Shown: one piece after another, positions 26,297 through 38,532 of the stretch | Numbering within the stretch: the first letter of the stretch is position 1 | How the letters are laid out: every line of letters begins with the position of its first letter | Source: Octopus vulgaris | Taxonomy: Eukaryota | Length of the DNA: 64,000 nt | Reading direction: 5' to 3' | Assembly: GCA_951406725.2 (NCBI GenBank) | Contig: OX597822.1 | Location: 34,596,001-34,660,000 of the forward strand | Position numbers and translations under genes: made by a program | Notes under the pieces: model-generated | Seen by the model: only the letters and a program-made list of their open reading frames with translations | Databases searched by the model: none | What the model was told of the DNA's origin: nothing

Positions 26297-27154
26297 GTAA
26301 GTCACAAAGGCATTGATAATACCATTGTTATCGGTGGCCTTCAAATTGCTCAACGTTTAACATCAAATATATCCCTCGGTATACTACTGTATCAGTATAT
26401 CGATCATTGCTAATAAAGCTTCTTCAGTTAATCACATTTTTCTACAGTTGTATATTGAATGGATTAGGTATCAGCTAATGATTTTCTATATTTTGATTCA
26501 GCCTCTTACATCAGAGACCCAAGCTTGACATTTACTCATTGGCTGGTTATGTATTTATATGATACCATTGCAACAATAATATTGTACACGAAATTAAATA
26601 GAGATATGGCACGCTCTTATATATTACAGTGATTTGCACTCATATTGTAATTGATAATCAATGTTTCTAATTCTATTTTTATATATACTGATTATTTATG
26701 CCTTGTAAAAAAGATTTAATCACTTGCCGTACAAACAAACAATCAATCATGTAAGAGATTAGCCTAGTGATAGTTTTATTCCCCTTACGAAAGAAAAAAG
26801 AAAAACCCTTGCAATATATGTATATATATATATGTAAGCCAGAGGAGTAGCTGAGAAGAAGAGAGGTACCTACTGAGGTGCCCCTGGCGGGCGGGATAAC
26901 CACGATGAGTGGGATTCCTCGATTGTCCCTGGGTAGAACTCCCCAATCTGGGAATTTTATTGTTGATTTTCGTTGTTAATTTTTCTTGTTTCAATATTGT
27001 ATATGAAGCTTTGTGCTCAGCCCCATTTTCCCCTTGTGTTGGTTTGTCCCTTTTTGTTTTGTGTTAGGACTTCGTGCCCAATAAAGGAAACATCATCATC
27101 ATTATTATTATTATTGTTGTTGTTATTATTATTATTATCATAATCATTATTATT

Positions 27155-27728
27155 GAGTGAGAGAGCAGTGCATGCTATCAAAGTGTCACTGGAGTGGTAA
27201 AATATACAAAGCCCATTATACCCATCATGACTACCCGTCTGATAAGGGTACACCAGGTACATGCATCACGACCATATGTGCGTGACATGGTGATCTCATA
27301 TCAAGATAAACAGCGCATGACCTCGCAGGTGGGGCTCAGTTAGAATTTTCTTCTGGTCGAGTAGCCCTTCCCACTCAAAAGGTATGTGAATAAGGTTTGT
27401 TTAAGGATGTTGAGCAAAGCACTCATGTTTCCAATGGTGAATTATTCAAACTCTAAAGAATCTCTCTCAAAACATGGCTATGATGCTTCCCCACTACTTC
27501 TGCTTATGATCAGATATAAACATATCGTCAGCCACCAAAGGACATGCTCAACTGGTTAAGGTCAAACAACCAATAAGGAAATCTGTGGTATTGAGAAGAA
27601 TATTTGCTGTAGCCCATCTTTTTTATACCAAGACAAAACAATGTACATGATAACACTTCCAATCAGTTAAGATCAGAAGCCATGAGAGCCATTGCCAGGT
27701 ACTGCATCAGGGCATTCACTGCATCAGG

Positions 27729-27731
<3 letters not shown>
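27155..27731. mobile_element. ~580-bp probable interspersed element embedded in (ATT/TAA)n microsatellite
   Basis: More GC-rich block with sharp borders, (ATT)n on both sides, and a short tandem duplication (CTGCATCAGGG) at the right end. Confidence 0.55.
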
Positions 27732-27774
<43 letters not shown>

Positions 27775-27920
27775 TATTATTATCATTATTATTATTATTA
27801 TTATTATCTGAACCAAGTTAATTATCTAACTGGAAGACATTACTATAAGTTAAGGAATTTCAAAGTATTTTATGATGATCTTGCTGAATAACGTAAATGT
27901 TCATTGATATGTATATATGT

Positions 27921-27969
<49 letters not shown>

Positions 27970-28495
27970 GCAAGTAATTCTCATAATTGATCAACCTGAG
28001 GGTAGGTTCATTAGAAGGTCTCTATTCGAAGCAGCAAGGAACATAATCTAATTTAGCGTTGTCTTAAGCTACTGAGACGTATTTTGACTAAATCTACTGA
28101 GAAATAAGAAAATTTTGAAAATGAACATTTTTATTGCTGTCTTCGCTGCCAAAAAAAAAAACGAACAATAACAAATATGATGGAAAATTTTGAGACACGA
28201 AACTATTAAGATACTGAGTTTTTAAGTCTTTTGTGATTAAAACAGTGTTTGATTATTTAAACAAAAACACGCTGTTTATCATGGACATTATTTTTATTGC
28301 GATTATATTATATTTTAAACAAGATCATGTGTAATTTTTTTTTGTTAATCAAAAGTAAAAGTAGTCTGACGTCGTTCACAAAATGAAATTTTTATCAGAC
28401 CTGATATTTTTCGTAATATTATGCTTGTTCAAAATTACAGTATTACTTTATTAAGAAACCCTGCTATAAACATTTTTCGAGAAACCTGAACATCT

Positions 28496-28535
<40 letters not shown>

Positions 28536-28821
28536 AATTGAGATAGGGGTTATAAATGCAACTAATCTATACTTATATTTATATTTACTTATATTTATAT
28601 TCTCTTTTACATATATTCTACTTATTATACAACATTACTCTTTTATGTACACTTTTTTATGTACATTCCTTTATTTACACTGATTTGTTCTGCTTCTTAT
28701 ATTTAACCCTACAGTCTCTTATGTGGTGGTTTAATAAAGTATGTGATTGAGTATTATCTGGTAATTGATATTTGATTTAGATGTATTTCTCCATTTTCTT
28801 ATCTTGTATATATATATATAT

Positions 28822-29208
28822 TTACTCTTTACTCTTTTACTTGTTTCGGTCATGTGACTGTGGCCATGCTGGAGTACCGCCTTTAGTCGAGTAAATCAAC
28901 GCCAGGACTTATTTTTTATAAGCCTAATACTTATTCTATCGGTGTCTTTTGCCGAACCGCTAATTTACGGGAACGTAAACACACCAGAATATGTTGTCAA
29001 GCGATATTGTGGCGACAAACACAGACACACAAACATATACACACACATACATATATATGACCGGCTTCTTTTAGTTTCCGTCTACCAAATCTAATCATAA
29101 GGCTTTGGTCGGCCCGAGGCTATAGTAGAAGACACTTGCTCAAGCTGCCACGCAGTGGAACCATGTGGTTGGTAAGCAAGCTAATTACCACACAGCCACT
29201 CCTACGCC
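28822..29208 (-). mobile_element. SINE family A, near full length
   Basis: Reverse complement of 2149-2573. Confidence 0.85.
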
Positions 29209-29339
29209 TATATATATATATATATATAAAAATTCAGGGTGAATACTTGATAATTGTAAGCATCTGTATATACCTACCATTTAGTGGTGTAGGTGGTAGA
29301 GTATATTAATCAAAATAAAAACATGATGCCAAGGATTCA

Positions 29340-29417
29340 GCGGTACATATGTTTCGGGCCTTTATTAGACGGATTTATAACAATGCATAATGTGTGTCTA
29401 TGGCCTTCTTCAGCCGC
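29340..29417 (-). ncRNA. Type I hammerhead ribozyme (copy 1)
   Basis: Exact reverse complement of 30216-30293. Confidence 0.7.
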
Positions 29418-30215
29418 GTACAATTACTACTTCAAGGACATGTATTGCATTATAAGTTTTACGTTGGGGATACAAATCTTCACAGTCACGTGCGACAGGG
29501 TGGGGCACCAGCACAAAAACGAAGCGTCCATCTCGTCTCTCACTCAATGTAGAATGAGGAAGTTTGGATGTTGAGATAGAGAGGGAAGGGGTTGGGGGGT
29601 TGAATCTTTAGTGAGTTAGGGATCACAAAGAGGGAGGGTGGTGGGTGCAAAAGGTAGTAAAAGAGCAAAAATTTCAAAATATCAAGAGTAAAAATTTTAA
29701 AAATATATATAAAAGATACAAGATTATAAAAAAATATAAAAATATAAAAAAATATATAAGGATATAAAAAGTGTATCTAAGTATATAAATATATAAATCA
29801 ATATATAAATATATAAATAAATAAATAAATATATAAATAAATAAATAAATATATAAATACACACAGACGTGAAAAAACACGGTATTATAAATAAATAGAG
29901 ATAAAGATAAAGAAGCGAGAACTAAGGACGGAAGATAAAAAAATATAAAAAATATAAAAATATTTAAAAAATATTTTTAAAATGTAAGGATAAGGGATGT
30001 AAAGGGGTTAAGAACTAACAAGATGGTCAGAAAGATGACATATTCCGGTTGTAGAAGCCTACGGGCGTAACTTCCTCATTCTACATCTAGTGAGAGACGA
30101 GATGGACGCTTCGTTTTTGTGCTGGTGCCCCACCCTGTCGCACGCGTCTGTGAAGATTTGCATCCCCAACGTAAAACTTATAATGTAATACATGTCCTTG
30201 AAGTAGTAATTGTAC

Positions 30216-30293
30216 GCGGCTGAAGAAGGCCATAGACACACATTATGCATTGTTATAAATCCGTCTAATAAAGGCCCGAAACATATGTACCGC
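30216..30293 (+). ncRNA. Type I hammerhead ribozyme (copy 2) with extended stem II
   Basis: GCGG-CTGAAGA-A-GGCC...(TAGAC/GTCTA)...GGCC-C-GAAAC-ATAT-GTA-CCGC: stem I GCGG/CCGC, CUGANGA and GAAA boxes, GUA cleavage triplet, palindromic ACATATGT stem III. Confidence 0.72.
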
Positions 30294-30346
<53 letters not shown>

Positions 30347-31547
30347 GAAATTTACAGAAAAACAAAGAGAGATGTATAAACAACAAGGAGGTATTAGTTT
30401 GAGTTCGATATATATCAGGTTGAGTAGAAAGTAAGCACCGTTTCGAGACCCGAAGAATTTGTACCGGATTTTTGCAGAACTTTGAATCTCTTTTAAACAT
30501 TTTCAGTGAAATGTTTTTATTTATCCTAAAATAAATCGTGATTCAATTCCTAGACTGGGTGATGCGTCCTGTCCTTGAGCAAAACAGTTAATGTCAAGTT
30601 GCTCTGCGATCACTCCGACACCTGACGCGTGGTACACCGTGCATTTGCCAAAGCATTGTATGTTTCTATATACACACACACGTACACACATATATATCCA
30701 GTGACGTTGCTATTCAATGTATAATTAGTTGATCGTTACAATATTATGTGCTCTGTTTTTTTGTCTTCATCGCAATACGTACAATTTCGAAAACTCAATC
30801 TCAGCTACATGAATGAACTATGACAAAACCATCTTAAATATTGAATAGATAGTAAAAAATCATTTGTATAAAATATCTCCAGTTGACTCTTTTAAAATAC
30901 ACACAAAGCGTACACTTGTTTTTCAGATATCTAGAGAATGCAATATATTCGTTTTAAACTGTTGAGAAATTTAATTATATTTGCGTAATAAAATTTGAGA
31001 CGAAACCTTTCATACATACTATGGAATCTATTAATAATTTTTAATAACGCAGATGTTTCGTTCTGGTTCGTATTACTAATTAATGAATAAAACCATTGAA
31101 TGATATATTTCATACATTTTCAGTGAAATGTTTTTATTTCTCCAGCGTATCTCGTGTACACCAATTAATGATGAAATTAATTAAAGCATAAAACAAAAGA
31201 TTAGACCAATTTCTTCTAATCTTTTAGTGAACACTTGTGTCTGATCCAGAATAACAAGAAGAAAATGTTAGGATTAATTTTCCTCTTACCATAAATACAA
31301 TGTTTGTATGAATATATTTGCCTTGGTGTGTACGTGCGTGTGTATAGATTTACGTGTGTGTGTGTGAGTGTGTCCGTGAGTGCGTGTGTGTGTGTTGCAT
31401 ATGGTTACGTGTATGAAATAAAAAGAAAGGCGGCTTTTAAATCCTTTCCTGATAGTCTTTTGGAAACAAAGTAACGTTTTAAGCTTACAACACTTTAACT
31501 TATAGAGACAATGAGCACGTTCATTGCGAAAATGTGAGCGTATTCAC

Positions 31548-31623
<76 letters not shown>

Positions 31624-31667
31624 GTCTAGCTATCTATCTATCCGTCTGTCTAGCTATCTATCTATCC

Positions 31668-31758
<91 letters not shown>

Positions 31759-32082
31759 CGTCTGTCTGTCTATCTATCTATCTATCTCTCCGTCTGTCTG
31801 TCTGTCTAGCTATCTATTTATCCGGCCGTCTGTCTGTCTAGCTATCTATATATATCCGTCCGTCTGTCTAGCTATCTATCTATCCGTCTGTCTAGCTAGC
31901 TATCTATCTATCTATCCGTCTGTCTGTCTGTCTATCTATCTATCTATATATCTATCTATCTATCTATCCGTCTGTTTGTCTGTCTAGCTATCTATCTATC
32001 CGTCTGTCTGGCTGTCTAGCTATCTATTTATCCGTCCGTCTGTCTAGCTATCTATCTATCCGTCTGTCTGTCTGTCTGCCTG

Positions 32083-32148
<66 letters not shown>

Positions 32149-32211
32149 CGTCTGTCTGTCTATTTATTTGTCTATCTATCTATCTATTTATCTGTGTCTA
32201 TCTATCTGTCT

Positions 32212-32254
<43 letters not shown>

Positions 32255-32466
32255 GTCTGTCTGTCTATCTGTCTATATATCTATCGAGCTATCTATCTGT
32301 CTATCTGTCCGAGTACCCACCTGCCTGTCTGTCGATATATATGTATGTGTATGTATTTATGTATGTATGTATGTATGTATGTATGTATGTATGTATGTAT
32401 GTATGTATGTATGTATGTATGTATGTATGTGTGTATGCATGTATGTATGTATGTATGTATGTATGT
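31548..32466. repeat. Long compound (TCTA)/(TCTG)/(TA)/(TATG) microsatellite
   Basis: Direct inspection. Confidence 0.95.
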
Positions 32467-32559
32467 AAGAATACATTCTGGCATGCAGGTGGAGTTGTGC
32501 CCGATAATTTTCCCATCAAATGTACTTCTCAAGTAAATTCATTCACTTCTTTCCAATAT

Positions 32560-32720
32560 TCTTTTCTACTCTAGGTACAAGGCCTGAAGTTTTGTGGGAA
32601 GAGGCCAAGCGATTAGATCGACTCCAGTACGCAACCGGTACTTAATTTATCGATTCCGAAAGGTTGAAAGTCAAAGTCGACCTCGGCGGAATTTGAACTC
32701 AGAACATAAAGACAGACAAA
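32560..32720 (-). mobile_element. SINE family B fragment
   Basis: AAAGTCGACCTCGGCGGAATTTGAACTCAGAAC. Confidence 0.75.
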
Positions 32721-32829
32721 ATATATTACTGACTGATTTTTTAAAAAATTTCCTGTAAAATGAGGATGAAAATGAAAGGGTATAAAAAAACGAATTTATC
32801 AAGCAACATACATATACATTTATCTAAAT

Positions 32830-33380
32830 CGTTCTATTGCCTTCGGACAAATATCGTAAACATTTCTTCGCGAAATATCTGCAGATTGCCATACGTCGCG
32901 GTTATGAAATATCTTATAAATTCTTGAATGTTTCAGTGAATAGATTAACTTTCATTTAGCAAAGGATAAACTACGATGACGAGGCTTGAAATTTGGGGGC
33001 CGGGGACTAGTCGATTGTATCGACCCCAGTGCTTAACTGGTATTTCTTTTATCGACTCCGACAGGATGAAAGACAAAGTTGACCTCGCCGGAATTCGATC
33101 TCAGAGCGTAAAGACAGACGAAATGCTGCTAAGCATTTTGTACGGTTCGACGCACCAATGACTACTACTATCATCATCATCATCATAATTATCGTCGTCT
33201 TCGTCATCATCATCATTAATATTTAAGTTTATTATTTGACGAATGAAAGTTAATCCATTCCCCGAAAGATTCGACAGTTTATAAGATATTTCATATCTGC
33301 GACGCATGACAAACTGCGGATATTTCGCTCGTGTTTAATTGAAGAAATGTTTAAGGATGTTTGTCCAAACGCAATAGAGT
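32830..33380. mobile_element. Old fold-back/MITE with ~140-bp inverted arms, split by a SINE B fragment and (CAT)n
   Basis: 32830-32972 matches the reverse complement of 33225-33380; SINE B (minus) lies at 32980-33155. Confidence 0.7.
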
Positions 33381-33624
33381 AACATTCATTCCTGATCTAG
33401 AATATTCTTGGATGCAAGAGAGGGGGAGAGAGAGTGAGAGAGCATTTATTACAAATCTAGACATCAAGCTAATACCAGACAGTTGTCAATCGATGCATAA
33501 TAGCAATTGATTTGACAATCATATTGTAATTTTTTGCAATAACATCGATATTGCTTATAGAGAAATAATACAAAAATGAAGTTTTTGTTTTTATTTTGCT
33601 ATTCCACGCATGTAATCATTCTTT

Positions 33625-34250
33625 TCTCTATAGCCACAAGGTCTGGACTTTTAGTGGAGGGGGCTAAATGTTTACATCGGCACCAGTGCTTAACTGTTAC
33701 TTATTTTGCCGATTCTGAAAGGATGAAAGGCAAAGACGACCTCTGCAGAATTTGAACTAAGAAAGAAAAGACAGACGAAATGCCACTACGCGTTTTGCGT
33801 GATGTGCTAACGTTTCTGCAGTTCGCCGCCTTTTTCTTCATTCGTAATAATGCTTTCCGATTTTTGTATAAAACCAGAAATTTTGAGGGACGCGAAAGTT
33901 ATCCGGTGCCATCACTTCCTGTACTAAACTGGTACTTTATTACATCGATTCGAACGATTGTGAAGCAAAGCTGACCAGGGGAAATTTGAAGTCAGAATGC
34001 AAAGAACCAGTTATGCGTATGATAATTGTGTCTGGTTTAGGCAGAAGAGCAGCTGTTGAGGAGGGGGGTGAATTAGTCGATGTCGATACCAGCGACCACA
34101 TTACTTCACTTGTACTTCATCTTATTTGAAAAAATGAAAAGCTAAGTTGCGTTCTATGGGATTTGAACGTTGAATATACAGGTCCAAAAAATATATCGCA
34201 ATATATTTTCCGACACACTAACGAGTCTGCTGGCTTAGCATCCTTATATG
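33625..34250 (-). mobile_element. Cluster of decayed SINE family B copies
   Basis: Repeated GGATGAAAGGCAAAG...GAATTTGAAC-like motifs. Confidence 0.6.
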
Positions 34251-35967
34251 GTTTCTGATTTAGGCACATGGTCAACAATTTTGAGGGGAAATGGTCCGTC
34301 GATACAATAAACTACAGTGTTATACTGGTACACCGGATGTAAAGTTGATATCTGCATGTAAAGAGCTGGTGTACACGTAATAAGATGTAACGAAAACTTT
34401 CCTAATAAAACTGACGAATCGTAGGCAGTAAAGTTACAACTAATTATCAGCGGACTGGAGGGGCAGTTTATATTCTAATGATGTTCCTGTATCGCTAACA
34501 AAAGTATTTTTACTAATCCATCTATTCATTAATTACAAATTGTGACAATGGTCATATCTTTTTCTTTCTTCTAAATATAGTAGAGTACTCTTATAATCGA
34601 GAAATTTGGATTGAGTACAGAATCGATACAGCACATTAGCCAAACAAAAGATAGCATGGGAAGGAGAAGTCTAAAGTCAGAAGTACCATGAAAAAAATGT
34701 TTAAGCCAAATATTTCCATCCAACTGAAAACATGAAAACTTAAAAAAAAAAAAGAATAGCTGGTAACGTCATACGTGGAACAAAGATAAATGGAAGACAA
34801 AGGCTGGTACGTACATACTCAAGAGGCACGTGTTGTGATATGGGCCTTGCCACATTGTATGTAATGAAATATTTCAAATTTTGCCTGTTAACATCTTTAT
34901 TCAGTGATGTGTATTATTACATTACTAACAAACTATAGATTTCTTGTCAGTAAATTAACTTTACTTTTCCAACAGCTTTTCCCAGTAGGTATAGTGAAGA
35001 TGTTAGCTGAACGGTGTTGTAGAAAAATAAGAAAAAATAGAACGTACATTGTATAAATGGGAGAAGGAGCCCCACAATTTAGTACCGATCTGAAACATTG
35101 AGTAGCCTGTTGTCAACGCTGTTTGTGCGTAGTATTAATTTTATGGAGTGTGAATTAACATGTGTATCCTGCTTGCTTTTTCATTATCGACTCTTTATTC
35201 TCTAAAGCTTATCTCTTTTAGCTTTCAAACAACGGACTTTAAGCGTAAACGCATGGAACAAATATAGCATTGTGTATATAGTGTATTTTTACTCACCCAC
35301 CACTCTGGATTAATTGCCTTATCGATGAGATAATGACATTAGTAATGAAAAATATTAGTAATGACTAAATTCTCATACAATACATTCCACATAATACTTA
35401 AGTTAGAAATTGAACTCAACTGATTGAGATAAGCAGAGAGTTTATTAACTGCTTACATTCATGACTTTACAATGTACAAAGTTGCACCTATTTACATTTT
35501 GATTATAGCTTTTCTGAAATAAGTGTCAAGACTACAGAGTCTCTAAAACATGCAAGATACAACTGAATACAGCATAAACAATGTGAGCGACACCCAAGTG
35601 ATCCGGGCAATTTCTATTGTGTAGTGAGATCACATATCAAAAATACACTAAGCAAAACAAATTGTACTATGAGTGTGTTCGCGCGACATTTAAAGATTGA
35701 CTTAAAAAATTATGACGACAAAATGCACCATATCAACTTCAAGTTATAGAATAATTTATATGAAACATTATTGGTTGTGATAAGCAGTACAGCTTTTTCT
35801 TTTTTGATGTTGTTGACTATTTTGATAGTCAAACACACTATAAGGAATAATTATTTTAGGCTGCAATGTTATCAAATGTCCGAATATGTTTGATGCAAGT
35901 TCATACAAGGGAACAAGCTACTCCCTGCGTTTTGTCACGGAGAATATATCTCACTTGTTGACAAATG

Positions 35968-36244
35968 GTGTGTATACACCTAGAACAGCTCGCAGCGCTA
36001 CCTAACTAGACTGTGAGATGTTAACATTGATGAGGAGTTGTCTCCTCATCGGTCACAGACACTGAGCAGACGACACCCGCGAGCTGAATTAAGAGATTAC
36101 CTTTCTTATGCTTTTCCAGTTACCGTGCAATGACTGGAAGCGCTATTCGGCGCTACTCCGAACTGTTAACATCTCTCAGTCAAGGTACTTGAAAGCTGCT
36201 TCAAAATGTTATCTCACTGCGAGCTGATCCAGATGTATACACAC
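35968..36244. other. Nested fold-back structure with several internal hairpins
   Basis: Outer IR 35968-35995/36217-36244, inner IR 36009-36026/36164-36181 (17/18 matches), internal hairpins GATGAGGAG-TTGT-CTCCTCATC, TTCCAGTTA...TGACTGGAA and AGCGCT-ATTC-GGCGCT. Confidence 0.7.
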
Positions 36245-36506
36245 GTCGCTGGTCACAATGCGCTTCGCATTGTTTTAGCCTTCGAATGACGCCACCCCGC
36301 TGGCTAAGCGAGCAGGCCAACAGAAGAAAGAGTGAGAGAAAGTTGTGGCAAAAGAGTACAGCAGGGGTCGCCCCCCCCCCTACCGGAGCCTCGTTGAGCT
36401 TTAGGTATTTTCGCTCAATAAACACTCACAACGCCCGCTCTGGGAATCGAAACCGCGATCCTACGACCGCGAGTCCGCTGCCCTAACCACTAGGCCATTG
36501 CGCCTC

Positions 36507-36508
<2 letters not shown>
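36245..36508 (-). mobile_element. SINE family C copy
   Basis: Near-identical to 20985-21245. Confidence 0.85.
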
Positions 36509-36582
<74 letters not shown>

Positions 36583-37581
36583 TAGATAGATAGATATATA
36601 TATGTGTGTGTGTGCGTGTATATATGGACGGATGGATGGATGTGTGTACGTAGAGCAGTGTGCAAATCCTCCCCACTGTGTAATGACCAGTTTTATTTTG
36701 ATTACATCTCAAAAGCCTATTGATTCTGCAAAAACAGTACCAGCTTTTTTTAAAAAGCATAAACACAGGGATCCATTTGATTCCCTAAAACCCCTCAAGC
36801 TGCGTACCACTATCGAATGACTGAAATTTAACTAGTTTAAAAATCGGAAGAAGGATAAACCCCGACTATATGTCAATTGGTACTGAACTCAGAACGCTAA
36901 AAGATATTACAAGACAAAAAAAAAGAAGCTTAAGGCACTTAATTCGTTACTAAGCAACATATATGCTACTGTTTTTGCATAATATATTCTGAATTTTTGC
37001 ATCATTGAAACATCTTGCGACGAGGGGGAAAAATTCTCGCGTAGCTAATATTCAATCTTTTAAAACATAGAACAGCTGTGATCTAATGATGAATTCATTA
37101 CTTAACAGCAGACTATTGATTTTTAATACTTAATTTATTTTAATTAAACAATGATGTGTGTTCTTTACATTTGATTGCCTATAAGAAGTGAACAATTTAT
37201 ATCGTTAAGTGCAATGCTAATTCGAAGTAGATTAAGTTTGTCATTTAATCTAGGAAATCTATGGTTTCTTGTTTGAAAAACAATGAAGCAAATTATTTTC
37301 ACCGTAAAGATGATTTTATTAAAGATTTCCAAAGAAAGTTCAAGTATTTTTATAACAATCTTAACACTGTGACTCAAGAATTAGCATTATGCAGAAAATG
37401 TTTTACTGGACATTTTAAGTAATCTAAGACTAAAGGATTATGTTTGATGTAAAAAAAAAAGACGAAAACCCAATTCACACACACATATACATGCATAAGT
37501 TAAATCTAAGTATTTCTGGAATAATCACCAGATATTTTTCATTGCTAACATATTGCTATAATGTAAACGAGGAACCGTTAG

Positions 37582-37915
37582 ATCTCGTCCTAAGTATTCA
37601 ATTTTTTTCCTTCTCATAAATTACATTACTCGAAGTGGAGAGGGTAGATTAATAAGCAAATGACGATGTAGAATTTAATTAGTTATAAATCATGAGGCAT
37701 ATCGGGACAAGCATGGCTACGTGGTTAAGAATCTCGCTTGGCTACGTGGTTAAGAATCTCGTCCTAAGTATTCAATTTTTTTCCTTCTCATAAATTACAT
37801 TACTCGAAGTGGAGAGGGTAGATTAATAAGCAAATGACGATGTAGAATTTAATTAGTTATAAATCATGAGGCATATCGGGACAAGCATGGCTACGTGGTT
37901 AAGTATCTCGCTTGG
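37582..37915 (+). repeat. Recent ~160-bp tandem duplication (period 174) with a short templated insert at the junction
   Basis: 37582-37741 is nearly identical to 37756-37915. Confidence 0.9.
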
Positions 37916-38054
37916 CAACCACGTGACTTTTTGTCCAGTCTTCTTTCCACAGAGTTGAAGCTTATGTTAATGTCGTACACAATTGAACCGGCTCGACGAA
38001 AGCCTTGCAAGTTGATTTCATAGACAAAAACTGTATATATATATACATACATAT

Positions 38055-38532
<478 letters not shown>

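Larger units (their letters stand above)
29225..30298 (-). mobile_element. Penelope-like element remnant with inverted pseudo-LTR pair (29335-29564 / 30069-30298)
   Basis: 230-bp inverted repeat with about 6 mismatches around a 500-bp strand-biased spacer. Each arm holds a hammerhead, which is the known PLE architecture. Confidence 0.7.

Noticed and set aside
36027-36162. Intact hammerhead or canonical C/D snoRNA call
   Set aside because: The core reads TTGATGA/GAAC with no stem III, and box D would be CCGA; kept only as an unclassified structure
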